Below the pieces are notes generated by a model, which was not told the DNA's origin, did not search any database, and saw only the letters and a program-made list of their open reading frames with translations. Both the position numbers and the translations under genes were made by a program. DNA of 64,000 nt from contig CACWKX010000002.1 of assembly GCA_902761585.1 (NCBI GenBank), positions 52,512 through 116,511 on the forward strand, in the 5' to 3' direction. Source of the stretch: an uncultured Lachnospiraceae bacterium (GTDB lineage: Bacteria > Bacillota > Clostridia > Lachnospirales > Lachnospiraceae). This document shows, piece after piece, positions 28,915-37,811 of the stretch; positions within the stretch are counted from its first letter, which is position 1; each line of letters begins with the position of its first letter.

Positions 28915-30081
28915 TCATGCAATCCGGATGCTTCTGTGCCAGATTCTGCCCGATGACGGGTACAGGCTGCCAAACCCCATGTCTGTCACCTCTGCCTCCA
29001 GCATCTTTGGCGCCGAAAACCACACCCGCACGCGCAACCTGCTCGCCCGGTCCGGGCGATCCGGAAAATGATCCAGCCTCAGAGTATGCCGGATTGTCCC
29101 GCTGCCGTCTTCGTCTTCAGACAGGATTGTCACATTCTTTTCAGATTCCGGCACCACGTCCAGCATACCGTATGCTTCATACCAGTTCACACCTGCACGG
29201 ATCAGAGGGACCGTCTCCGGCCTGCCCTTCACCCGAACCTTCATGCCGATGTTCACCTTTACCATGTCCACACCCTGGAAGATGATATCCGGCATGCGGA
29301 TCTCTCCGCAGCGTGCCATCACACCGTAACAGGCTCCCTTTGAAAACAGATTCTGTCCCTGGAAGGCATGACGGTGAAAGGTCAGATACTGGAAGGAGCG
29401 TTTTGCCCAGCGGGCATCAAAATAGCCGCCGTAGAGATAGCTGGCGCTCACATTTCTCCGCTCAAAAAGCTTTCCCAGAAGCTCGTAAAGGAGCCTGTCC
29501 CGCTCGGCATCCCAGTCCTCGTCTGACCTGCCTGCCCGCGCCTTGTCAGAGACATCGCAGGAAGCCTCCTGCCTGAAGGTTGCCGTGTGGGGTGATGCGG
29601 TTCTGTCAATATGAAGGATGTAACCGTTCATCCGTCCATCCTCCACAGACAGAAAGGCCACATCTCCGTTCCAGAGCTCCTTCTTCTTATTCACCACATA
29701 GTAAAAAAAGCTTGTCCGAAAATCCTGAAGAAAGATTCCGCGCTCATCCACCCCGGCCTGCCGGACGACGGTCTTCAGCCGTTTTGACATCTTCTCATCC
29801 AGATCCGGAACCGTGACGCAGATGCGGACATCATGTTTCTCAGCGCTCTTCAGCTGCGGCACCATGTCCAGAAGCTCCCTGATATAACCCGATGCCTTTT
29901 CAGAAGCATCCTCTCTGCTCAGTGCATTCCAGACTTCGGCAGGAACCCCCATCAGACCATTGTCCATCTCTCCCGGAAGAGACAGGGTCTGCGGCTCCTT
30001 CAGCTCATTCCCATACCAGGTAAGCTGCGCTCCGTGCGCAGACAGCTGGAGGCCGATCAGGATTTCATTCCGATTCATCAA
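28915..30081 (-). CDS. DUF5716-like protein with a degenerate Hsp70/actin-like fold
   Basis: 388 aa; motif order resembles DnaK (see findings). Confidence 0.65.
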   Translation of the reverse strand: MMNRNEILIGLQLSAHGAQLTWYGNELKEPQTLSLPGEMDNGLMGVPAEVWNALSREDASEKASGYIRELLDMVPQLKSAEKHDVRICVTVPDLDEKMSKRLKTVVRQAGVDERGIFLQDFRTSFFYYVVNKKKELWNGDVAFLSVEDGRMNGYILHIDRTASPHTATFRQEASCDVSDKARAGRSDEDWDAERDRLLYELLGKLFERRNVSASYLYGGYFDARWAKRSFQYLTFHRHAFQGQNLFSKGACYGVMARCGEIRMPDIIFQGVDMVKVNIGMKVRVKGRPETVPLIRAGVNWYEAYGMLDVVPESEKNVTILSEDEDGSGTIRHTLRLDHFPDRPDRASRLRVRVWFSAPKMLEAEVTDMGFGSLYPSSGRIWHRSIRIA

Positions 30082-30108
30082 TGCTGGTTCCTCCCTCCGG
30101 CTTTCCGG

Positions 30109-33100
30109 TTAAATCAGTGTAAACAGTTCCTCTGTCAGTGTCTCTGTCCGGCGGAGATCCATCAGGATATCCCTGGCCTCTTCCCTGTCCCCGCGTGCCA
30201 GTGCGTCTGACAGCGCAGACAGCCGCCCATACCGGGTCTCCTTCTCATCATCAGGGATCGGAGCTGCCTTCAGTGTATGGACCCCCGAGATAATCCGTGT
30301 TCCGTCAGCCCGGTCTTCCTCCGTGAAGCATTCCAGTTCCTGCGCGCCGAACAGCATGAATTCCCGCACGCGTATGCCGCAGAAAAGATCCTGCATGGTT
30401 TCAGTCTGGAACGCTTCCCCGGATCCCTTTCTTCTGAAGCTGAGCGTCACAATGCTCTTTGGGGAAGCCGTATACTCAAAAAAGACCTTCTCCCTGATTC
30501 CGGAAACAGCGTGAAGCATCTCCGGGAATGCAGCAAAGAACGAAAATCTCATGTTCCGGTTCTCATATCGCTCCAGAAGCCGCCGCGAGGCCTCATTCTG
30601 TGTCTCATTTCTGCTGACAAGTCCGGAAAGATGCTTTAAGAGCGCCAGCGCACAGACATCCGGAAGGTTTCCACCCCGTTCAAAGTCCGCAAGCAGGTCC
30701 TCGAACAGCACATCGTCTGCCGGCAGATTTCGGACCAGGTATCCGTACGACATCAGGATCACATACCCCTGACAGAGCCTCCGGTTTCCCAGCGAAGCCC
30801 GGTAGGAAGCGTAGATCGGCTCGCTCCCCTCCATTCCCTCCCGCTCAAAGACAATCATGGAGAGGATGTGCTCTTCCAGTTTCATCGTATCGAGCCCATA
30901 CTCCTTCCCGGCTTTCCACAGCTTTTTCATCTCCGGGATGGACCCGTCCGGGTACATCAGAAGGTAGGTCAGGATATTTTTGTCGTATTTCCCTGAAATG
31001 AAGCAGCTGCTGCAGTATCCGAGCAGCTTCTCATCCTCCTGGTATTCTGATTCCAGCACCATCTGGGAACAGATCCGGACCAGAAGGCTGAGCGGGGTAT
31101 GGTCGTGCCCATACTTCAAAACAAGCCGATATGCCTCCTCAAAAAGCCCCTCGCCTGTCAGAAGCCCCTGAAGCTTCTCCAGCCCGGCCTCCGCATAGTC
31201 ACAGAGATCCGCCTCCTTCAGGAAATCATCCAGTGACGGATCATCGGGATTCCCCGTGTAATAGTCGAGCAGCCAGCTCCGGATTGTTTTCCGGAAATCT
31301 GCCGACAGTCTGCGCATCCCGGACGCCTTCCGGAAATACCGCAGGCTGGCTGCACTGACCGGCTGATCCCTGACCGTATTCAATGTGTAAAAAAGGGCCA
31401 GTTCCGGGGCTTCCGGCACGATCTCCGCGCACATCTCAAGAAGCTCCGGAGACTCGAGAAAATGGTCCGCCATGTACAGAGACGTCGAGGCGTACCGTCT
31501 TCCCTCCCCGTCGCCCAGCAGGATTCTGGTCTGGTCAGAATAAATCCGAACAAGGGCTGCCGCATTTTTCAGGGGCACCTCCCGCTCCTGCTGCATCCGG
31601 CTGTCCACCAAAATGATTTTCTTCATCCCCGGGCTCAGACACTCTACCCTGTAGGTGAACAGCAGACGAAGCAGATTCGCGGCAAGCCGGTCTGTCAGCA
31701 TCGGCCGCGTCAGAAACTCTGAATAGAGAGCCGCAAGATCGTTATCGATGTGGCCCTGCGCCAGCTGGTCGGTCAGGAATGTTCCGATCGCAGGTCTCAT
31801 ACTGTTGAAGATTCCCGGAATCTGCCTTCTTCCATCCGCCATATTCCGGAAGATTCTTGCCTTTTTATGCCAGTTCAGCGTGTCGTTGTAGACAAAATAG
31901 CGTCTGATGACCTCCGGCATTGTCTCGATCCGGTACTCCTCGCAGGCATCCATATAATACTCGTACAGGCCTGTCACGGACACTTCCTTCATGACAGCCA
32001 CCTGAAAAAGAGGGAAAAACCGGCGGCTCTTCTGGCCGCCCTCGATTGCCATCGCGCAGAGGGCGGTCAGCGCCTCCCTGGCACCGCTTTTTCTGGCATA
32101 ATCCGCCAGTACTTTGTACAGGACCGGGTCGTAGTGCGGACTGCGCCGCTGTATCGAGGCAAGCTTCAGAGACAGCTGCTCTGTCAGAAGGCCCCGTCTG
32201 GCTGCAAAATTCAGGATCAGACGGATCGCCGGCGTGATCTCATGGAAGAGAGACGGCTTCTTTCTCAGCGCAAGTGCGCCTTCCAGATACATGACAGGGC
32301 TGCTGCATCCAAGCTCAATCTGTCTGGTCACTGCATCCAGTCTCCGTTCCTCCCCGGCTTCCGCATCCTCAAACAGATACAGGCATACCCAGCGGATCTG
32401 CCAGCTCGACGGATTCTCCGCCGCAAGTCTCTGAACCTCCTTCCGGACGGCATCCAGATATGCGCTGTCTCTGGTGAAAAAGGACGTCAGAAACAGAAAA
32501 AAAGCATAGCGGTCCGGTGTGTTCAGCCGCTGGGGGGTCTTATTCAGCTCTGCGAGCAGCCGTTCTGCCTCACGCCTTCTGCCGTCCGCCTGAAGGACGA
32601 AAATCGAAAACAGATCCGCATAGACATCTCTTCCCTGTGCCCGCCTGTAGGCATTCAGAACAGAGTCCGTCCGGCTTGCCCAGTTATGAAGATCCACTCT
32701 GCCCGCCCGGTAGTCAAGATACAGGTTCAGCGCCTTTTTGCGCATGAGACAGCGGACCCTGTGAAGCCTTCTGGCTTCCCCGTCGTCGGTCCTGTCAGCC
32801 CGCACCTCAAGCTCCATCGTCTTGTAGGGGGTCCGGATTGTCACGCGCCCGTAGTTTTTCCCGGCATGCAGAAAATTAGAATCGATGATCAGACCGGCCT
32901 CGCAGCTTCCGCCGGCAAACTCCTCCGTCGTGAGTGTCTTTTTTTCGGGGCGCAGAAACTGTGCATCCGATGAAATGTGGATCTCGAGATAGCCCCAGGT
33001 GCTGGCAGTCAGGCGGATGGGATCTCTCAGCGTCCCCTCCGGGTTGACCAGTTTCCGGCCTGTCCAGTCGCAGCTGATGTCGACGCTTTCCTTTGCCCCT

Positions 33101-33642
33101 GTCCCGACCAGAAACTCCTCCAGCCTTCTGAGCGGATTTTTCTCCTGTTCCAGGCCACTGTACAGGGCCCTTGCCGGCGCGTCCGCCAGCATCATCCGCG
33201 CCCTGTAGGCCGGTGAAGAAAAGAGAGACGCCGCAGCAGCAAAATCCTTCCGCGCGGCATCGACGAGTTCCTGCTCGCTGTAAGGCTCCGGCGCCTTCTG
33301 TTCTTTCATATGAACCGTGACCCGGACCTGATCCTGCCCGAGCCCGGAGCTGATGAAGACTGTCCCCTCCACCGTCTCCCCCGGCAGAAGCCCTTCTGTG
33401 TCAACGTCAAACCGGACAATGTTCTCATGCCCGTAAAACTCCGGGCTCTCCAGAAGAATCCGGGGATTATCTGTATTCAGAAAGCCTCTGACCTTTCCCT
33501 CCCCCGGATGCGCAACAAGAAAGGCGCCCTTCGCGCGCCCGCCCGCTTCCGTCTCAATCCGGACTGTCCGCCCGGAGAGCTGCATATGTGGAAGATCATA
33601 CTCAAACTGCCCGTTCAGCAGCTGCTCCAGACGATTCTTCAT
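30109..33642 (-). CDS. DUF5717-like large cytoplasmic protein (two N-terminal Ig-like domains plus helical repeats)
   Basis: 1177 aa, no signal peptide; beta-rich N-terminus followed by a long amphipathic-helix region. Confidence 0.7.
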   Translation of the reverse strand: MKNRLEQLLNGQFEYDLPHMQLSGRTVRIETEAGGRAKGAFLVAHPGEGKVRGFLNTDNPRILLESPEFYGHENIVRFDVDTEGLLPGETVEGTVFISSGLGQDQVRVTVHMKEQKAPEPYSEQELVDAARKDFAAAASLFSSPAYRARMMLADAPARALYSGLEQEKNPLRRLEEFLVGTGAKESVDISCDWTGRKLVNPEGTLRDPIRLTASTWGYLEIHISSDAQFLRPEKKTLTTEEFAGGSCEAGLIIDSNFLHAGKNYGRVTIRTPYKTMELEVRADRTDDGEARRLHRVRCLMRKKALNLYLDYRAGRVDLHNWASRTDSVLNAYRRAQGRDVYADLFSIFVLQADGRRREAERLLAELNKTPQRLNTPDRYAFFLFLTSFFTRDSAYLDAVRKEVQRLAAENPSSWQIRWVCLYLFEDAEAGEERRLDAVTRQIELGCSSPVMYLEGALALRKKPSLFHEITPAIRLILNFAARRGLLTEQLSLKLASIQRRSPHYDPVLYKVLADYARKSGAREALTALCAMAIEGGQKSRRFFPLFQVAVMKEVSVTGLYEYYMDACEEYRIETMPEVIRRYFVYNDTLNWHKKARIFRNMADGRRQIPGIFNSMRPAIGTFLTDQLAQGHIDNDLAALYSEFLTRPMLTDRLAANLLRLLFTYRVECLSPGMKKIILVDSRMQQEREVPLKNAAALVRIYSDQTRILLGDGEGRRYASTSLYMADHFLESPELLEMCAEIVPEAPELALFYTLNTVRDQPVSAASLRYFRKASGMRRLSADFRKTIRSWLLDYYTGNPDDPSLDDFLKEADLCDYAEAGLEKLQGLLTGEGLFEEAYRLVLKYGHDHTPLSLLVRICSQMVLESEYQEDEKLLGYCSSCFISGKYDKNILTYLLMYPDGSIPEMKKLWKAGKEYGLDTMKLEEHILSMIVFEREGMEGSEPIYASYRASLGNRRLCQGYVILMSYGYLVRNLPADDVLFEDLLADFERGGNLPDVCALALLKHLSGLVSRNETQNEASRRLLERYENRNMRFSFFAAFPEMLHAVSGIREKVFFEYTASPKSIVTLSFRRKGSGEAFQTETMQDLFCGIRVREFMLFGAQELECFTEEDRADGTRIISGVHTLKAAPIPDDEKETRYGRLSALSDALARGDREEARDILMDLRRTETLTEELFTLI

Positions 33643-33668
33643 GCCTGCTCACCTTTTACTTTCATCTT

Positions 33669-34118
33669 TCAGTTGATGATTTTCTTCAGCTCATCCATGA
33701 ACGTCCCGACATCCTTGAATTCTCTGTAGACGGATGCAAACCGGACGTACGCGACGGGATCCAGGTCCTTCAGGCCATCCATGATCTTCTCTCCGATCTC
33801 GGCGCTCCTGACTTCCCCGCCTCCCTGGTTGTAAAGCTCCGTCTCGACACGGTCAATCATCTTCTTGATCTCATCCACCGGAATCGGCCGCTTATAGCAG
33901 GCCCGCATGACCCCCGCCTCGATTTTCGCGCGGTCATACTGCTGCCTTGTGTGATCCTTCTTGATCACGACCAGCGGGATTGTCTCAATCTTCTCATAGG
34001 TCGTGAACCGCTTGCCGCAGCTGTCGCACTGCCGTCTGCGCCGGATGGAATTGCTCTCCTCCACTGGCCTGGAATCGGTCACTCTGGTCTCTTCGCTCCC
34101 GCAGTATGGGCACTTCAT
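33669..34118 (-). CDS. nrdR: Transcriptional repressor NrdR
   Basis: MKCPYC, RRRRQCDSCGKRFTTYE, VAYVRFASVYR. Confidence 0.98.
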   Translation of the reverse strand: MKCPYCGSEETRVTDSRPVEESNSIRRRRQCDSCGKRFTTYEKIETIPLVVIKKDHTRQQYDRAKIEAGVMRACYKRPIPVDEIKKMIDRVETELYNQGGGEVRSAEIGEKIMDGLKDLDPVAYVRFASVYREFKDVGTFMDELKKIIN

Positions 34119-34771
34119 ATCGTCATTCCTCCTGCCTTATGCAAACTGTCCGCCTGATCCTCTTCGGGAAGGCTGAACAGATAGCGCGCCGCCTGCGCCA
34201 GTATCCGAGCGCTCTCCTCCGCCCCGAACAGACTCGAATCCATCAGGAGATGGCGGCCATATGTCACATCCGAAGCATGGCTGCAGAACTGCCGTCTGTA
34301 GTCTTCCCTGGCTTTGTCTTCCCTGTGAATCAAAGCTCTTGCCGCTTCCTCGTCCGTGTGCAGCATCCTGACACAGTTCTGAAGGCGAACCTTGTCCGGC
34401 GCAAAAATATAGACATTCATGCACCGCGGATATTCCCTGAAGACCTCATCGCCGCCTCTTCCCAGAATAACGCAGGAGCTTTTCTCCACAAAGGACTTCA
34501 GAGCTTCCGACTGTGCCTGAAACATCACCCTTGCCCGGAGATCCTTCTCCCCGTCTGCCTCCTTCCGAAACAGCAGAAACTGTGTCTTTTTCCGGCCTTC
34601 CTCCAGCTGCGTGGCGGCCAGAAGGCGTGCTTCGGCCCCCGTGCTGAGAACCTGTGCCTCGACTGCGCTGCGGTCATACACCGGCACCCCGAGCAGTTCC
34701 CCGAGGCGCCCTGCAATCTCGTGCCCAAGGCAGCCAAACTTTCTCGATATTGTAATCACATAATGCTCCAT
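34115..34771 (-). CDS. Cytidylate kinase-like family protein
   Basis: VITISRKFGCLG, CVILGRGG. Confidence 0.85.
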   Translation of the reverse strand: MEHYVITISRKFGCLGHEIAGRLGELLGVPVYDRSAVEAQVLSTGAEARLLAATQLEEGRKKTQFLLFRKEADGEKDLRARVMFQAQSEALKSFVEKSSCVILGRGGDEVFREYPRCMNVYIFAPDKVRLQNCVRMLHTDEEAARALIHREDKAREDYRRQFCSHASDVTYGRHLLMDSSLFGAEESARILAQAARYLFSLPEEDQADSLHKAGGMTI

Positions 34772-34781
34772 CTGACACCTC

Positions 34782-36011
34782 TCAGTCCTTCCCGTCTTTT
34801 ACACAGAAAAACAGGCAAACACCAAGGCAGACAGCCAGGGCAAGAAGCCACAGCGGGAACCAGCGTGTCTGTCCCGCTCCGACCAGTGCCTGCGTCAGCG
34901 GTGTGACAACGATGACCGCTCCAAGTGCGAAGGCCGGAAGCAGCGACAGGAGCGCTGTCTCTGCCTCCCGGTCGAGACGTACGTCATCCAGAAGCAGAAG
35001 CTTTGGAAACACCGGTCCGACCGTTATTCCTTCAAAGAGCTGGAAAAACAGCATTCCCATATCTGTGAGTCCTCCGGCGTGGATCAGGTACTGCTCCAGA
35101 AGAAGCAGAACACCGGCTGTTCCCATCCAGATCAGTCTGGACACCCTTCCTGCCGGCCGGAGAACACCTGCAAGCACCCTGCCGGCAGCCATTCCGAGAC
35201 TCACCATCAGAACACCGTATCCGGTCATCTCCTGCGCCGCTCCTGTCTCAATCACCCTGTAGCTCTGCGGCCAGAGCACCATGCACAGAGCCAGAATCCC
35301 GGACAGAAAAGCGGCCATGCAGCTGACAGCTGACCGGGTGATGTATTCCTTTTCAGCCTGCCTCAGTCCAGCCTCATCCACAGGAATGCGCCGGCGTTCC
35401 TGCTCGCGGCATATATCGATCTCTCTCGATCTCTCATCCAGTTTTCTTCGCATGTCCTGTCCTTTTATCAGCGACCTCCGGATGAAAAACGCCAGAAAGG
35501 CCGTCAGGATCTGGACAAGTCCCAGAAGCTCGCAGCCTGTCCGCCAGCTCCCGGAAAGCGACATGGCAGCAGACAGGATCCAGTTTCCGGCAAATGCCCC
35601 CACGCCTGTTCCAGAAAACTGGAGCATGACCGTCCTTTGATCGAGTCGGATGACCACGATGCAAAGGAGCGTCAGACTCATCCCAAGTCCCAGCCCGAGG
35701 ACGAATGACCAGAGGCAAAGGTGCCAGAACATTCTTGACAGCGCGAGTCCGATCACCCCCAGCGTCTCCAGGCTCACGCCCGCCAGGCACAGGTCGAAGT
35801 TTCTCTCCTGCTTCTGCCGGATTCTGGCAGCCAGGATACAGGCCAGTACGCCGCCTGCCGCAATCATCGCTCTCAGAAGGATGATGCTGGGCACCGGAAC
35901 CGTCATTCCGCCGCTGATCTGCGTCCATATGCTGCTGTAGATTCCGGCAGGAAATCCCGCAGCCACAAATGCCAGATACAAGGTTACATTGTACAGAACC
36001 ATACCAACCAT
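34782..36011 (-). CDS. MFS transporter
   Basis: ~12 TM segments in two halves with a central hydrophilic loop. Confidence 0.8.
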   Translation of the reverse strand: MVGMVLYNVTLYLAFVAAGFPAGIYSSIWTQISGGMTVPVPSIILLRAMIAAGGVLACILAARIRQKQERNFDLCLAGVSLETLGVIGLALSRMFWHLCLWSFVLGLGLGMSLTLLCIVVIRLDQRTVMLQFSGTGVGAFAGNWILSAAMSLSGSWRTGCELLGLVQILTAFLAFFIRRSLIKGQDMRRKLDERSREIDICREQERRRIPVDEAGLRQAEKEYITRSAVSCMAAFLSGILALCMVLWPQSYRVIETGAAQEMTGYGVLMVSLGMAAGRVLAGVLRPAGRVSRLIWMGTAGVLLLLEQYLIHAGGLTDMGMLFFQLFEGITVGPVFPKLLLLDDVRLDREAETALLSLLPAFALGAVIVVTPLTQALVGAGQTRWFPLWLLALAVCLGVCLFFCVKDGKD

Positions 36012-36944
36012 TCATCCTTCCTCAGACCGAAGTTTTTCCGCAAGACTGCTCAGCCGCATCAGCCGGTGATTGAACCCGGATTTCCCGACAGGCGGGATGC
36101 TCGCCTCAGAAAGTTCCCTGAGTGTGGCATCCGGGAATTTCAGTCTCAGCTCAGCTGCTGCCTTCAGACTCTCCGGGAGCTTCCCGAGCTCCCCTCTGTC
36201 CTTCAGGTACTGAATATCCCGGATCTGCCTGACAGACGCGTCTACTGTCCGCATCAGATTCGCTGTCTCGCAGTTTACCCGCCTGTTTACCGTCCCGGCA
36301 ATGTCCCTCACAATCCGTGCGTTCTCAAGCTTCATCAGACTGTTCGTCGCGCCGATCGCACCAAGAAAGTCCGAGATCTGACCGCCCTCCTTCAGATACA
36401 CCACCTGATGATTCTGCCGCCCGATGACACGGGGATCAAAGCCCAGCGACTGCATGAGCCAGACGATCAGATCCGCCTCCTCCAGATCCGGACAGACGAG
36501 CTCCAGATGGTAGCTCTTCTCCGGATTGCTCACGGATCCGGTCAAAAGAAAGATTCCTCTCAGGTAGGCCTTGCGGCAGCACAGCTTCTGAAGCAGCAGC
36601 CTGTCCACCACGAAGTCCCGGAAGCTTCCGTCCGGATATGCGCCTTCCATCCGGACCGCCTCCATCAGCTGAAGACTGTCCGGACGGTTCTTCACCCTAA
36701 TGCAGTATACCGGAAGCTTTCCCTCGTCCGTTTCCGTCTCCCTCTCGCAGCTTCCGGGCATCGTCCGCTCCAGGCAGCTCTCGCAGGCATCCGCCGCATA
36801 CCGGTTTTCTGTCCGGATCCTGACAAGGCCGCCGGTGCATTCCCCGCAGCTGTGCAGGACAGCCCCAAGGAATGCAATCCTGCAATGTCTGGCAGTATCT
36901 GTGCAGCCTGCCAGTTCCTCCCTGACTTCCCCGGAGAATGACAT
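36012..36944 (-). CDS. whiA: DNA-binding protein WhiA
   Basis: MSFSGEVREEL, YLRGIFL, YHLE, NRRVNCETANL, GKSGFNHR. Confidence 0.96.
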   Translation of the reverse strand: MSFSGEVREELAGCTDTARHCRIAFLGAVLHSCGECTGGLVRIRTENRYAADACESCLERTMPGSCERETETDEGKLPVYCIRVKNRPDSLQLMEAVRMEGAYPDGSFRDFVVDRLLLQKLCCRKAYLRGIFLLTGSVSNPEKSYHLELVCPDLEEADLIVWLMQSLGFDPRVIGRQNHQVVYLKEGGQISDFLGAIGATNSLMKLENARIVRDIAGTVNRRVNCETANLMRTVDASVRQIRDIQYLKDRGELGKLPESLKAAAELRLKFPDATLRELSEASIPPVGKSGFNHRLMRLSSLAEKLRSEEG

Positions 36945-36959
36945 CGTATTCCTCCGTTC

Positions 36960-37811
36960 TCAGCGGGTGATATCCCGATGGAGCAGCACCACCGGGTACT
37001 TCCCGTTCGTTTCAAAATATTCGTTCAGACGGTTTGCCATCGTCACCGAGCGGTGCTTGCCGCCTGTGCACCCGACAGCAATTGTCAGCTGTCTCTTTCC
37101 TTCCAGCTCATACTTCGGGATCAGAAACCCGAGAAGATCGGTCAGTTTCTGCAGAAATGTATCTGCCTCCCCGTTCTGACAGACATACGCCTGAACGTCC
37201 TTGTCATTTCCGGTTTTATGCTTGAGCTCCTCGACATAAAACGGATTCGGAAGAAAGCGGACATCAAAGACCAGATCCGCGTCAGACGGGATCCCGAACT
37301 TGAACCCGAATGACAGGATAGATACAAGCAGACTGCCCTCTCCCGGATTTTCGAGAAAAATATGACCAATCTCCTGCTGCAGCTGCCTCGTCAGCATATC
37401 GCTGGTATCAATCACATAGTCCGCCCGAAGTCTGAGCGGCTCCAGAAGCTTCCGCTCCTTTGCAATACCTGCCTCAATCCGCCCGGTTCCGGCAAGCGGA
37501 TGAATGCGGCGGGTCGCCTTATATCGTCTTACCAGCTCCTGGTCGCCGCAGTCAAGATACAGGATTTCATAACTGTAGGGCTTCATGGTCCGGAAAAAAT
37601 CCTCCACCGAATGTCCCCTCAGCATGGAGCGGGAGTCAAATCCGACCGCGACCTTGCTGTATTCCTGGGCCGGATTGCCTGCCAGCTCGGCAAACTTTCC
37701 GATCAGCTCCAGCGGAAGGTTGTCTACGCAGAAATAGCCGTCATCCTCCAGCATCTTGAGGGCGGCAGTCTTCCCGGATCCGGACATTCCTGTCACGATC
37801 ACGAATCTCAT
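36960..37811 (-). CDS. rapZ: RNase adapter RapZ (YvcJ)
   Basis: VTGMSGSGKT, FCVDNLP, SFGFKFG, DVRFLPNP, GCTGGKHRSV. Confidence 0.97.
   Translation of the reverse strand: MRFVIVTGMSGSGKTAALKMLEDDGYFCVDNLPLELIGKFAELAGNPAQEYSKVAVGFDSRSMLRGHSVEDFFRTMKPYSYEILYLDCGDQELVRRYKATRRIHPLAGTGRIEAGIAKERKLLEPLRLRADYVIDTSDMLTRQLQQEIGHIFLENPGEGSLLVSILSFGFKFGIPSDADLVFDVRFLPNPFYVEELKHKTGNDKDVQAYVCQNGEADTFLQKLTDLLGFLIPKYELEGKRQLTIAVGCTGGKHRSVTMANRLNEYFETNGKYPVVLLHRDITR

Noticed and set aside
28915-30081. Wadjet/JetA-type defence gene, because of the overlapping DUF name
   Set aside because: No SMC-like ATPase or Toprim partner genes nearby; the sequence motifs fit an Hsp70-like fold instead.
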